Source of the DNA: Thermoprotei archaeon
GTDB taxonomy: Archaea > Thermoproteota > Thermoprotei > Thermoproteales > B15-G16
Direction of reading: 5' to 3'
NCBI GenBank assembly: GCA_003649205.1
Contig: QMRC01000006.1
Span: 39,757 to 103,756, forward strand
DNA: 64,000 bases
The notes under the pieces: generated by a model
Told to the model about the DNA's origin: nothing
Databases searched by the model: none
What the model saw: the letters and a program-made list of their open reading frames with translations, nothing else
In this document: in pieces, positions 37,500 to 48,188 of the stretch
Numbering within the stretch: the stretch's first letter is position 1
How the letters are laid out: the number at the start of each line of letters is the position of its first letter
Program-made: the position numbers and the translations under genes

Positions 37500-38288
37500 T
37501 TACTTAGCACCTAGAGACCTCTTTATGAAGTGTAGTACCGATTCCCTTAGTGAGTCAAGGAACTCCAGTGGAACTACTGCTCTAGTTCTTGCGAGTACAT
37601 AGTAGTAATTGTTATTATGTTTTAGCTTTAGTAAGAGTATGTTTCCCCCAGCTACCTCCACCTTTACTCTATTTTCATCACCTGATTCAGCTAGGTAAGC
37701 CGTTACCGTCTCCGTTAAGCTATTTGCTAGTGCAGCGTCTATCTCTGGCTGTGATGTGTTAAAGTGAGCTAGTGGTAGTCCCTCTGCTGATGCTATGACA
37801 ATGGATTCAAGACCATAGTGGGTAGCTATTTCGTTAAGCGATTCTGCTTCTATAGGTGGTGGTACCTCAGCTACTAACTGTGGTTTCTCGGTAGGTGGTA
37901 TCTCGGTGATCCCCGGCTTGATCTCTACCTCCTTCACTTCAGGTACTCGCTGGCGTGTGAGAACTTCCTCAATCTGCTTCTGGATATTAGCTAGTGAACT
38001 CTTCACCTCCTCAAGCCCTTTGAGTAAAGGCTCCATGGAGGGTGTGGATATTCCTGTAAGTGCTTCACGCATACTCTTAACGTCATTCCTCACCTCATTC
38101 AGTGCTGTAAGTACCTCTCGTACTCCATGTTCAAGTCTAAGTAATGAGTACTCAACACGTCTACTAACGTAGACTCTTCTAGTTTCTGTCCTCCTAGATA
38201 TGAAGTATGCGAGCAATGCCACCAAGACTATTACTAGGCACAATAGCGTAAGACCTGTAATCTGAAGTGAGTCTATTGATACAGCCAT
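37500..38288 (-). CDS. Membrane-anchored coiled-coil protein with C-terminal roadblock/LC7-like domain
   Basis: N-terminal TM, heptad repeats, IVIASAEGLPLA...DAALA. Confidence 0.6.
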   Translation of the reverse strand: MAVSIDSLQITGLTLLCLVIVLVALLAYFISRRTETRRVYVSRRVEYSLLRLEHGVREVLTALNEVRNDVKSMREALTGISTPSMEPLLKGLEEVKSSLANIQKQIEEVLTRQRVPEVKEVEIKPGITEIPPTEKPQLVAEVPPPIEAESLNEIATHYGLESIVIASAEGLPLAHFNTSQPEIDAALANSLTETVTAYLAESGDENRVKVEVAGGNILLLKLKHNNNYYYVLARTRAVVPLEFLDSLRESVLHFIKRSLGAK

Positions 38289-38352
38289 AGGTACACCTAA
38301 CTGAGGTTACTTAAGTAACTGTATTTTTGTTTTATCCACCAAATAGCATCAA

Positions 38353-38685
38353 CTATATCTGTGGTAAACCGTGAATTCTCCTGTACTTGATGTACCTGAT
38401 GTACCTACGATCACTGCTCAATCTCTTAATACGTTCATCAATTACAGCCTTCAAGAAATCAGAGATTACCTCTTTTGCCCTACATGACTCACATACTGTA
38501 ATGAACTCAAGTTTATCCTCCTTTTCACTCACTGAAACTCCACCACTAAGCTCAAGAGCTTTCTTAAAAGATTCGAAGATGTCTGAAGGTACTTGAACAA
38601 ATTTCTCCCTACCACATACACTACACTTAACAACAACTTCCTGCACCCTCTTCCTAGTCAGGAACTTCATCAACTTCCTAAACAT
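38353..38685 (-). CDS. Hypothetical zinc-binding protein
   Basis: CSVCG...CESC. Confidence 0.55.
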   Translation of the reverse strand: MFRKLMKFLTRKRVQEVVVKCSVCGREKFVQVPSDIFESFKKALELSGGVSVSEKEDKLEFITVCESCRAKEVISDFLKAVIDERIKRLSSDRRYIRYIKYRRIHGLPQI

Positions 38686-38866
38686 GGGTATCAGTACTAG
38701 GATCCGCGAAAAGTATATGAGGATTCCGCCCTAAAACTAGGGGTCAGTCTAAGTGAGAAACATACGTATATGTACAATGGTGAAATGAGAAAAGCTTATA
38801 TGTTCTCTGTTAAATCTTACAAGCAATCAAGCTTAGTAATGATGTTAATTATTCAAGGGTGATCAC

Positions 38867-40009
38867 ATGAGTAGAGAAAGGAAATATCTACTACTAAAAT
38901 CAGTTGTAACATATAAGGATAGATTAAAGGAATTTGATAGCTTCGATATCGAGATCATTAAGATGATGATTGAGCTAGGACCTAGGAACGTAAGCAACGT
39001 AGCTAGAGTAATGAGAGAACCACAGCAAACCCTTAGCTACCGTGTAAACAAGTGGGATAGTAGGCAGTTAGTACTCTTCAAAGCTGTCATAGATGAGAAT
39101 AAATTGGGATTAGTCAACTTGATAACCTTCATAAAACCCAAAGATTCTGGAGAATTCAAGTACCTAATCAAGAGAGCACTACTAGCTAGAGAAATAGGTA
39201 AGTGTGAAGGTGCTGTAAACGGCTACTTCATTAGATTCTCCGTACCTATGAACAAGGTAGAGGAATTAAGGAGTAGGATGAAGTACGTGGCTGGAGAAGA
39301 TAGTGAATTCATTGAGACAACAACAATAGATTACGCAAACTTAAACCTAGACTTCTACTCACATGCAATATCTGAACTTAGGAGAGCAGAAATCTCGAAG
39401 GTACCTCTCTTCGACTGGAGTGCTTGGCTGAAAGACATCGATAACTTTCCTGAAGCAAATCTAGTAGATATGGAATCAACAACGAGAGCGGAGTACGATG
39501 AATTTGACCTTTTCATACTATCTCAACTCTCTGAGGATGCTAGGAAGAAATTCGTCGACATAGCTAGAGAATTAGCTAGTGAAATAGGTGATGAGAATTA
39601 CAAGAAGTACATAGTGCTAATATCACGTAGGTACCACCAGAGAATACTGCTACAGGGCCTAGTCAAGAAGTACATTGCTGTACTGATGCCTAATACGCCA
39701 GACATGATATACCTAGTATCAGACATAGTATTCCCAAACGGTACAATACTTAGAAAATTTGTTAGCGCGCTCTCAGCTGTACCATACCTAACAGCTTACT
39801 TTAAGGTAATCGGTGAACCGAGGCTAATACTTAGGTCGTACCTACCGATATATGAGATAAAGAATGTACTTAACTTCTTCAAGGAAGCAGAGGAGATTGG
39901 TCTATACCATAGCTATAGATTTAGCATGATAAACCCCGAAAACTACATCGAGAATAATGCACTGTACAGAGCTTACAGAGGTGGCACGTGGAATCTATTC
40001 AAGGACTAA
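38867..40009 (+). CDS. Tandem Lrp/AsnC-like transcriptional regulator
   Basis: Two HTH modules (D.EIIK...GPRNVSNVAR; DEFDLFIL..L..DARK.F.DIAREL). Confidence 0.7.
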   Translation: MSRERKYLLLKSVVTYKDRLKEFDSFDIEIIKMMIELGPRNVSNVARVMREPQQTLSYRVNKWDSRQLVLFKAVIDENKLGLVNLITFIKPKDSGEFKYLIKRALLAREIGKCEGAVNGYFIRFSVPMNKVEELRSRMKYVAGEDSEFIETTTIDYANLNLDFYSHAISELRRAEISKVPLFDWSAWLKDIDNFPEANLVDMESTTRAEYDEFDLFILSQLSEDARKKFVDIARELASEIGDENYKKYIVLISRRYHQRILLQGLVKKYIAVLMPNTPDMIYLVSDIVFPNGTILRKFVSALSAVPYLTAYFKVIGEPRLILRSYLPIYEIKNVLNFFKEAEEIGLYHSYRFSMINPENYIENNALYRAYRGGTWNLFKD

Positions 40010-40193
40010 CGTAGGTGCGTAATTACTGTGCTATACCTAGTGTAGATACCGAAGTAATTCCGGTTTAGAATCAACGTCTAAACTAAGTACCTAGGGTACT
40101 CACGTAGTAGTGGTGATTGGGTATGAATGAGGAGCTGATATTTTACAGGAAGTACATTGAGGATAATCCATGGGTGCCAGTAATAATGAAAAA

Positions 40194-41111
40194 TTACAAC
40201 AATACAGCACATGTGATGTAGATCAATGTAGCTAGGAGTACAGGTATTGGTAGTGCTGGTGCGTATCCTCTTTTCCTTCTCGCCAGTACACGTATCGTGA
40301 CTATGAATCCAGCAATGAGAGGAGGTACCATGAGTAGTGAGTACGTGAGACCGAGGTTGAGATACATTGATGACACTATCATTGAGTATACGACTATGTC
40401 TCCAACGCCGAGACCTACATTTCCTAACTTCAGTATGAAGCCATGTAGAACTGTATGTAGTGGAGGTAGGTAATGCGGTTTCACACCTTGATCCACACCT
40501 TTCCTTAATTCATCAACTAGTTTACCTATAAAACCTCTATACACAGCAAATAAGTCGTAAAGTGCGAGAGCTACAGCAACTACTATGACTGTTGATTGGG
40601 GAAGTATTACGGCTAGGTACGTACCTGCTTCAGTACCATAAGTTGCTATTGCAAGAGCATTAACAAGCTCATTCCTACAGATGAATGTCATGTATATGTG
40701 TGCTACAGATGCAGCTATTGGTAGTGCTATTATTAGCACATCACTTACTTCGTGGGGAAGTAGAAGTAGTATACTCAGCAGTGGTGTTTTCTCTAGTAGA
40801 TACATCAGTAGTAGTGATGTGAATAATGACGTGAGCACCAGTATGAGGAAGCTTATTAGTGCTACCTTCACTGCTCTTAGTACATTGATCTTAGCTCTCC
40901 TTATTAGGGTAAAGAGGATGAATCCTGTTATTGAGACTATAGCTAGTGTGAGAAATACGTTGTAGAGGATTGCTGAAGGTGTTTCAGCCCTGATATATGG
41001 TTCTGACGATAGTTCACTCTCAAGATTGTACATGTGTGCTAGGTGACTGAGGAATAGTGCTGTTAGGAGTGAGTAGAGTACTATGAAGACTATTCGCAAG
41101 TTCTTCACCAC
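40194..41111 (-). CDS. Presenilin/signal-peptide-peptidase family aspartyl intramembrane protease
   Basis: YD, GLGVGD and PALP motifs; multiple TMs. Confidence 0.9.
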   Translation of the reverse strand: MVKNLRIVFIVLYSLLTALFLSHLAHMYNLESELSSEPYIRAETPSAILYNVFLTLAIVSITGFILFTLIRRAKINVLRAVKVALISFLILVLTSLFTSLLLMYLLEKTPLLSILLLLPHEVSDVLIIALPIAASVAHIYMTFICRNELVNALAIATYGTEAGTYLAVILPQSTVIVVAVALALYDLFAVYRGFIGKLVDELRKGVDQGVKPHYLPPLHTVLHGFILKLGNVGLGVGDIVVYSMIVSSMYLNLGLTYSLLMVPPLIAGFIVTIRVLARRKRGYAPALPIPVLLATLIYITCAVLL

Positions 41112-41152
41112 AGCACGTAGAATTTTTAGGGTACCTGTATTTAAGGGTAGAG

Positions 41153-41824
41153 ATGGTATCTAGGTGGTGTGCGATGGGTAGTGAATTATCGCTAGAGGAT
41201 GTTGCTCGTAGAAAGTTATGTAGAATTATGGAGATGATGTACTACACTGGCTTGATTACGGTATACTCCGGTAATGCCTCTATTAGGTTGAATGAGAGAG
41301 AGATACTGATCACTCCTAGTCATGTACCGAAGATAGAGTTGAGTCCAGGGGATATTGTGAAGATAGATTTAAGAGGTAATGTCATTGAGGGTAACTACTC
41401 ACCATCCATCGAGTATAGAATGCACTTAGAGATCTATAAGAGGACTAACTACACAGCTGTTGTACATGCGCATAACCCACTTACAGTAGCTCTCGTCGAG
41501 TTGATGAATAGAGTTGAACCTCTATCGATAGAGACTGAGCTAGTGCTGGGTAAGGAGATCCCCGTACTACCTCAGTATGAACCAGGTAGTATAGAACTTG
41601 CTAAGGCTGTTGCAGATGTAGTAGAGAAGGGTCACACAATTGTTGTATTGAGGAGACACGGTGCTGTAGCTGTTGGTGATGACCTGTACGAGGCTTATCA
41701 TAGACTAGAATTACTCGAGGAATTAGCTTTACAGAAGTTTTATATTGAAACTCTCACACACTTATCCGAAGTACGTAACCTATTGAGGGAACTACATGGA
41801 AAGAAGGCTCTACATAGCGACTGA
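41153..41824 (+). CDS. Class II aldolase/adducin family protein
   Basis: [23 protein letters not shown] motifs. Confidence 0.9.
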   Translation: MVSRWCAMGSELSLEDVARRKLCRIMEMMYYTGLITVYSGNASIRLNEREILITPSHVPKIELSPGDIVKIDLRGNVIEGNYSPSIEYRMHLEIYKRTNYTAVVHAHNPLTVALVELMNRVEPLSIETELVLGKEIPVLPQYEPGSIELAKAVADVVEKGHTIVVLRRHGAVAVGDDLYEAYHRLELLEELALQKFYIETLTHLSEVRNLLRELHGKKALHSD

Positions 41825-42986
41825 CGATATCATTCGTGCAGGTAAAGTCACTGACGTCTACTTCGTACGTACTAAGCAGATCTTGGAGAGGAAGGGCCTT
41901 AGTAATGTTAAGGTTAAAGCAGAATTTTCAACATACTCACTACCTAAGAACTATAGGTGGGCTGTCTTTACAGGTCTTGAAGAGGTACTGAAACTACTTG
42001 AGGGACTACCTATCAATGTATGGGCTATGCCTGAAGGAACGATATACAGAGAGATGGAACCTGTAATGGTTATTGAAGGATCCTACGCCGAGTTCTGTGT
42101 ATACGAAACTGCGGTACTCGGCATCCTAAGACACTCAACGAGTATAGCCACTAAGGCAGCTAGGTGTAAGAAGCTAGCTGGAGATAAGCTAGTTGTGTTC
42201 TTCGGTCTAAGGGCACTCCATCCAGCTATTGCACCAATGGCCGATAGAGCAGCATACATAGGTGGATGTGACGGAGTTAGTGGTGTCTACAGCTCTGAAG
42301 TACTTGGACTAAAACCAATTGGTACCATGCCACATGCACTGATTGTAGTATTTGGCGATCAGGTAAAGGCTTGGAAGGCATTTGATGAAGTTATGCCACC
42401 TGACGTACCTAGGATATGTCTATGCGATACATTCTACGATGAGAGGATAGAATCCCTCATGGCTGCTGAAGCACTTAAGGACAGATTGTACGGTGTTAGA
42501 CTTGATACACCAAGCTCTAGAAGAGGTAATTTCCTTAAGATCGTGAGGGAGGTTAGGTGGGCTCTAGACCTAGCTGGTTACAGACACGTGAAAATTATTG
42601 TCAGTGGTGGTATTGATGAGGAAGAGATTAAGCAGTTGAGAGATTACGTTGATGGTTTTGGCATCGGTACTGCTATAGCATGTCCACCACCTGTAGACAT
42701 GAGTATGGACGTAGTTGAGGTATACGATGAGGTTTCTGGCAAGTGGGTACCAAGGTCTAAGAGAGGTAAGTTACCTGGTATGAAGCAAGTGTATAGGTGT
42801 AAGGAGTGTTTCAGTGATTTCGTTGTTCCTTGGGGTAGGGAAGTTAGTAGGTGTTCGAAGTGTGGTGGTGAGGTAGTTCCTCTACTGAAGAAGTTTATGG
42901 AGGAGGGTCAAATAGTTGAGAGATTGCCAACGGTGAGTGAGATACGTAGTTATGTTCTTGAGCAATTGAAGAAGGTTGAGTTGTAG
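41796..42986 (+). CDS. pncB: Nicotinate phosphoribosyltransferase
   Basis: TDVYF, FGLR, GTMPH, VRLDTP, VSGG, GIGT motifs. Confidence 0.92.
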   Translation: MERRLYIATDDIIRAGKVTDVYFVRTKQILERKGLSNVKVKAEFSTYSLPKNYRWAVFTGLEEVLKLLEGLPINVWAMPEGTIYREMEPVMVIEGSYAEFCVYETAVLGILRHSTSIATKAARCKKLAGDKLVVFFGLRALHPAIAPMADRAAYIGGCDGVSGVYSSEVLGLKPIGTMPHALIVVFGDQVKAWKAFDEVMPPDVPRICLCDTFYDERIESLMAAEALKDRLYGVRLDTPSSRRGNFLKIVREVRWALDLAGYRHVKIIVSGGIDEEEIKQLRDYVDGFGIGTAIACPPPVDMSMDVVEVYDEVSGKWVPRSKRGKLPGMKQVYRCKECFSDFVVPWGREVSRCSKCGGEVVPLLKKFMEEGQIVERLPTVSEIRSYVLEQLKKVEL

Positions 42987-42987
42987 C

Positions 42988-43044
42988 TCAGTACTGCCGG
43001 CGCTACGTCACCTCCTCGGTTCTAAAACACCCACCCTTCATCAT
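42988..43044 (-). ncRNA. C/D-box guide sRNA (D guide complementary to 16S ACUGCCGGCG)
   Basis: ATGATGA...GTGACGT-agcgccggcagta-CTGA. Confidence 0.75.
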
Positions 43045-43102
43045 CACATCACTAGGTTAAAACCTCAGAAGAGACCTTATATCGTTAACTCGGTGAGTAG
43101 TA

Positions 43103-45382
43103 GTGATGAGTATACGTGATGAATTTATTGAGGAACTGAGTAAGGACCCAAATAGGAAGATCGTATACATTTACACAGAACACCCCTCAATACCTGAGTA
43201 TGGGTGTGAGCTAGAGGCTCTCGACCTACCGAGGGAAATTGTTGAGGGACTAAAGAGAAGAGGAATTACGAGACTTTACAAGTTTCAGGAAGAAGCATAC
43301 AGGAAAATTCTTGAAGGAAAGAGCGTTGTCATTACAGCTGCTACAGGTGCAGGTAAGACTGAAGCCTTTCTCCTACCAATACTCTCTTACATCTGGAAAC
43401 AAGGGATCTATGATAGAGTTGCTTCACTGGTCATGTACCCAACAAAGGCACTCGCTAGAGATCAAATGAAGAGAATTTGGGAGATAACTAGCGGGCTCCT
43501 CAATTTTAGAGCTCTGATCTATGATGGTGATGTACCTAGTGAAGAGAGGAGGAAGATACTCCAGTACCCACCACCAATTCTCGTAACGAATCCAGATATG
43601 GTACATCTATCACTACAGTACTCACATGCATTTCAGGAAGCAGTATCAACAGCTAGGTTCATCGTACTAGATGACATGCACATGTATAGTGGAGTATTTG
43701 GAACACACGTACACTATGTCTTGCGTAGATTGAAGAGGGTACTACGTGAGCATCCTGTCTTCATCGGGACCTCAGCGACCATAGGTAATCCGAAGGAGTT
43801 TGGTAGAGTACTCTTCGGTATCGATGATGTTGAGGTGATATCAGTTAAGGGAGGGAGAAGAGGAACTCTACACCACGTACTAATTAAGCCGATTGGTAGG
43901 CCTAAGTTAGTTGAGGCTATCGATCTTGTTCGTAAGTGTATTGAAAGGGAGAAGAAGTGCATAGTCTTTGCTGATAGTCATAGAGTCGTTGAGGTATTGA
44001 AGAGATTAGGTGAGAAAATTGGCATTGAGATAGCTGTTCACAGAGCAGGTCTTAAACCCGAGGAGAGGAAGAGAGTTGAGGAAGCATTTAGGAGAGGCGA
44101 TATCTTAGCAGTAGCAGCTACACCAACTCTGGAAATAGGCATTGATGTTGGTGATGTAGATGCTGTCATCATGGTATCGATACCACCAACCTACACACGC
44201 TACATACAGAGAAGCGGTAGATGTGGTAGAAGGGGGCAAGTGGGGTACTCATTCATAATACTTGGTGAGGATCCAATATCTACGTACTACGAGAGGAATC
44301 CTCAGGATTTCTTCCTGAGAGAGTACGATCCACTGATGATAGAACCATCAAATGAGTTCATAGCTAGAACACACGTACTAGCAATGGCAATGGATAGAGT
44401 ACTCAACGTAAGGGAGTTGACTCCAATTGAGAGGAAGATTGCTGAGAAGTTGAAAGCAGAGGGATTACTCAGGGGAACGCTATATCTGAGGATAACGAGG
44501 AAGGGAATTGAGGAGTTGAGGAAGAGGAGATCTCTTAGAGGAACTGGAGAGAACATCGTAATAAAGGACGCGAGGGGAAAGGTCATAGGATCTAGAGAAC
44601 TACCAATAGCACTTAGGGAGTTACATCCAGAAGCAATATACTTCCATGGAGGAAGAACATACGTAGTAGAGAAACTCGATCTAGCAAAGAGAGAAGCATA
44701 CGTAAGTGAGGTACAGCTTGAGAGAGACCTCATGACAGTAGCACTCTACACCTCAGAACCAAGCATAGAGCAAATACACTACGAAGGTAAGCTACCAGTA
44801 CTAGAGATACCGTATAGGTACTGTGATCTAGAGATCAAAGAGATAGTCTTCGGGTACATAGTCAAGAACTACACAACAGGAGAAATAGTCAAAGAAGCAT
44901 ACCTACCAGAGGACATAGCCTACACATTCAAGACAAAGGGAATCGTACTGTACTTCCCACAATGGTACTTCACAGACGATGAACGAGATAACTTCTTTGA
45001 AAACGCAAAGGCATTCCACGCAATAGAGCACGCAATGATAACAGCAGCAGAGACCATAGTAGGAGCATCACCAACAGACCTAGGTGGTATCTCCTTCCCA
45101 ACAGGACACATAGTCATCTACGACTCACACCCCGGAGGATCAGGACTAACAAAACTACTAACAGAACCAAAGAGACTACTCGAAACAATAAAGAGAGCAC
45201 TCAAACTAATGAGAGAATGCAGCTGCTACGACGGATGCCCACGATGCATCTACAGTCCATACTGTGGAAACAACAACAAACTCCTCTCAAAGAGAAGAGC
45301 AATAGAAGTACTAACAAACCTACTAGCAGGATGGAGACCACCAGTAATAAAGGAGGAATTCGCAGGAAAACCAATACCGTAA
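43103..45382 (+). CDS. SF2 helicase with DUF1998 (Hrq1/MrfA/SftH-like)
   Basis: TGAGKT, PTKAL, DDMH, SAT, QRSGRCGR, C.C..GCP.C motifs. Confidence 0.92.
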   Translation: MMSIRDEFIEELSKDPNRKIVYIYTEHPSIPEYGCELEALDLPREIVEGLKRRGITRLYKFQEEAYRKILEGKSVVITAATGAGKTEAFLLPILSYIWKQGIYDRVASLVMYPTKALARDQMKRIWEITSGLLNFRALIYDGDVPSEERRKILQYPPPILVTNPDMVHLSLQYSHAFQEAVSTARFIVLDDMHMYSGVFGTHVHYVLRRLKRVLREHPVFIGTSATIGNPKEFGRVLFGIDDVEVISVKGGRRGTLHHVLIKPIGRPKLVEAIDLVRKCIEREKKCIVFADSHRVVEVLKRLGEKIGIEIAVHRAGLKPEERKRVEEAFRRGDILAVAATPTLEIGIDVGDVDAVIMVSIPPTYTRYIQRSGRCGRRGQVGYSFIILGEDPISTYYERNPQDFFLREYDPLMIEPSNEFIARTHVLAMAMDRVLNVRELTPIERKIAEKLKAEGLLRGTLYLRITRKGIEELRKRRSLRGTGENIVIKDARGKVIGSRELPIALRELHPEAIYFHGGRTYVVEKLDLAKREAYVSEVQLERDLMTVALYTSEPSIEQIHYEGKLPVLEIPYRYCDLEIKEIVFGYIVKNYTTGEIVKEAYLPEDIAYTFKTKGIVLYFPQWYFTDDERDNFFENAKAFHAIEHAMITAAETIVGASPTDLGGISFPTGHIVIYDSHPGGSGLTKLLTEPKRLLETIKRALKLMRECSCYDGCPRCIYSPYCGNNNKLLSKRRAIEVLTNLLAGWRPPVIKEEFAGKPIP

Positions 45383-45395
45383 GTACTTAAAGTAC

Positions 45396-45806
45396 TTAGA
45401 ATCGAGTACGTATTCCCAACTTCTGATAGAGAACCACATCGCAACCAATAGGTTCAAGAAGCACTACACCATACTTTGCACGAAAGTACCTCTGATACCT
45501 TAGCACCACCTCGGGCATCATTTTATGGGGTTTCCTGAAGTGAATCACACATATGATCTTATTGAGAGTAGTAGATATCTCCACGCAGTTAAGTGCTCTG
45601 TTGAGTTTACGAAGAGTGCCCTCGATACTATTAATTACATCAGATGGTTTAGGTCTACCACGAACTTCTTCAACTACAACAATTGTGCCATCACTAAGTA
45701 CTAAGAGGTAATCAGCTCTCTTCTCATTATGCTCAAATACTGAACCAACAAGATCATCGAGGTCAATCTTACGTAGAATTCTTCTCCTTTGCTGTGAGTT
45801 GTTCAT
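45396..45806 (-). CDS. Small partner of the ATPase, possible PD-(D/E)xK-like fold
   Basis: ADYLL...VVEEVRG; overlaps the ATPase stop. Confidence 0.5.
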   Translation of the reverse strand: MNNSQQRRRILRKIDLDDLVGSVFEHNEKRADYLLVLSDGTIVVVEEVRGRPKPSDVINSIEGTLRKLNRALNCVEISTTLNKIICVIHFRKPHKMMPEVVLRYQRYFRAKYGVVLLEPIGCDVVLYQKLGIRTRF

Positions 45807-47175
45807 AGATTAGTGCCCTCTCCTCAGCAAGTTCCTCAGCGACTTCAGTAAGTGCTGACTCATCAATACCCTCTTCAGTTACCTCTAACTCCTTCAGCTT
45901 TGCAGTGCACTCTTCAGCAGTTACTAGGTACAACTTAACGTATTCAGGTCTCAACTTCTCACCTGGATCATGACCTAGTTTAGCGACATCTTCATCAGGT
46001 AGCTTATGCATAGCTATGAGGTTACTCAGTGTATACACCACATATGGACTATGAGTCGACATGAGTATGCTGAATTTAAGACCTCTATTGATTGCATAGA
46101 CCATTAGCCGAACTAAGTGCTTCTGTGCACGCGGATGAAGGTGTGCTTCAGGTTCCTCAAGGTAGAGAGCTGGTAATTCACGATCCAGTAGAGCTAGGAG
46201 TACAGGAACTACTTCACGTATACCTGAAGGTGCTCTTTCAAGAGGTAACTCAATACCTGTCCAGGTTCTAATGTAGATTCTCGGTACACCAATCTCGGTA
46301 CGTAGAACAGGCTCAGCACCAAGCTCCTTGAACAAATCTCTAACAATAGGATTCTCTAACTCAACAGCACCACTAGCGTATTTTATTGAGAGAGAAGATA
46401 GAGTATCCATGAAGTGCAGATCTGTGTACATGAGTTCACGAACATGAGGACCAAGTAACCAAGTTCTATAGGGCAGTATTCTCAATAAACCTGCACGACC
46501 ATCCACAAGTAGAGACACCGAGAGACCAGGTACAAAACCTAGCAACCTCACTAGAATACTAGCGTAGACAGACTCATGAACTTTAGCAACGATATCACTG
46601 TGGTCGCGTACATAGGTCTTGTAGGTAGATCCATTGACTTTAAGGACTAGAGTAGGACCACCGTGAATACTCACCTCTAACATTCTTTCGAGCAGAGAAT
46701 AAACATCAAGTCTTCTCCATTCAGCATAGACAGAACCATCCTCAATAGTGATATCGAGAGTAGCGAACTCACTAGTTACCTCAATTACAGCTTTATGTGA
46801 ACCTCTCTTAACGAGTAAGTGGAGATCAGAACCAAAACAAGCTCTAAGTCCTTGTGCTAGGGCACGAGCATATGCATGAGGAAAGGCTTCAATTAATATC
46901 TTCGCAATACCATATACCTCATCGACAGGACTCACGTACCTTAAAACCTTCTCATAAGCACGTCTCGATAGATCGTAGATACCTAATTCCCTAGCACGAG
47001 AGATCCATAGCCAAGGATCTGGTGCAGTAACTTCAAGAGTCCACAGAAGATATAGCAGAAAAGACTTACCAACACTATTTCTACCAACAAATACAGTCAG
47101 AGGAAATACTTCAAATTCCACAAATTCAAAAGGACCAAAGTTCCTTACTCTAAACTCCGTACCAGGAACCGGCAC
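45769..47175 (-). CDS. ABC-type ATPase (AAA_15/AAA_21, AbiEii/OLD-like)
   Basis: NFGP, GRNSVGKS, APSG, LEEPEAHLHP, STHS motifs. Confidence 0.88.
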   Translation of the reverse strand: MPVPGTEFRVRNFGPFEFVEFEVFPLTVFVGRNSVGKSFLLYLLWTLEVTAPDPWLWISRARELGIYDLSRRAYEKVLRYVSPVDEVYGIAKILIEAFPHAYARALAQGLRACFGSDLHLLVKRGSHKAVIEVTSEFATLDITIEDGSVYAEWRRLDVYSLLERMLEVSIHGGPTLVLKVNGSTYKTYVRDHSDIVAKVHESVYASILVRLLGFVPGLSVSLLVDGRAGLLRILPYRTWLLGPHVRELMYTDLHFMDTLSSLSIKYASGAVELENPIVRDLFKELGAEPVLRTEIGVPRIYIRTWTGIELPLERAPSGIREVVPVLLALLDRELPALYLEEPEAHLHPRAQKHLVRLMVYAINRGLKFSILMSTHSPYVVYTLSNLIAMHKLPDEDVAKLGHDPGEKLRPEYVKLYLVTAEECTAKLKELEVTEEGIDESALTEVAEELAEERALIYEQLTAKEKNST

Positions 47176-47267
47176 AAGATCACCAATTACTACAGTACGG
47201 CTGAGGATATAAGGAGTGCTACGTAATGGTAAATAAACTCAGTCGTAATGAAATAAAACCAGTAATC

Positions 47268-47453
47268 TCAGCTAACTTCCTTACTTAGCTTTCTCCACTC
47301 CCTTATAGCTAATAACATGAGGTACTTAATAGCCTCTGTTCTCGAACTAAATCCCTGCGTTCTGTAGAGCTTATCAAATTCCTCCACTAGTGACTTAGGT
47401 AGTTCCAGTGTTATCTTCACAACTTCATATCCTCTACGCTGTTTAGGAGACAT
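47268..47453 (-). CDS. Ribbon-helix-helix (CopG) regulator
   Basis: KITLELP..LVEEFD...GFSSRTEAI; ATG at 47453. Confidence 0.82.
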   Translation of the reverse strand: MSPKQRRGYEVVKITLELPKSLVEEFDKLYRTQGFSSRTEAIKYLMLLAIREWRKLSKEVS

Positions 47454-47903
47454 AGTTATCAAACCGGTAATGTTCTCGGTTAAATTTATGTTTTTCGTAT
47501 TTTGAAATTTGGATTGCGGTACACAGCACAATACCTTTAATTGTTGTACGGGTATCACTCCACAACTTAGTCCGTAAATTAGATGATGACTAATAGCATA
47601 ATAGTCCTCACTTCTCTCAGCAACTAATTCAAAAAGTACTCATGTCTCCTTAACTGATAACACATCAACAGACAACACAACACATCTTGAGATATCTTAT
47701 TGAGGTACCCCACATCGAATGAGAGATACCAAAATAAGCTAGCTCAATAAATCTACACATCACCTCTATACTTATGTCTCGTAACTTCACGTACCTTAAA
47801 TTTCAGTACATTCACAGTATACTGAATGTGTATTGTCTATGCACTATCATCATGATGTTAGAAATAGTTATTACATTTACTCAAACTCTCTCTACTAGAT
47901 GAT

Positions 47904-47928
47904 CCTCGGTAGCTTTAAGCTACCGAGG
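47904..47928. promoter_or_regulatory. 12-bp perfect inverted repeat centred on a TATA-like TTTAA
   Basis: CCTCGGTAGCTT-T-AAGCTACCGAGG. Confidence 0.65.
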
Positions 47929-47943
47929 TGAGCACCGACCAAT

Positions 47944-48188
47944 GTCGGGATGAGGAGCACCCCTCGACCAAAGAAGGGATGAAAGGGGAAAATACCCAAT
48001 AAAGGGGTGGGGGACAAGGGACTTCATAGTATTTTTCAGCGTGTTAGTACACAGCTATTGACTAGTGCTTCAGAGTGAATAGCATGTCAATGATACAAGT
48101 GCCCCTATGAGTCCTGCCCACCCCCACCATTCCCGACCTTTAGTCCAAGATAATGCAGAATGAAGGAAGGTGAAGGGGGTGGGCAGGA
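47944..48188 (+). other. GC-rich structured leader/ncRNA candidate upstream of the LAGLIDADG ORF
   Basis: Complementary segments 47944-47950/48131-48137, 48004-48029/48105-48124 (imperfect), 48112-48125/48175-48188 (14 bp perfect). Confidence 0.5.

Noticed and set aside
43103-43140. GTGATGA...CTGA boxes at the helicase start
   Set aside because: Spacing does not fit a full C/D'/C'/D layout, and the boxes are explained by coding sequence.
47944-48160. Group I intron core (GACTA...TAGTC P7-like pairing)
   Set aside because: P/Q elements and flanking exons are not recognisable; it cannot be called without a covariance search.
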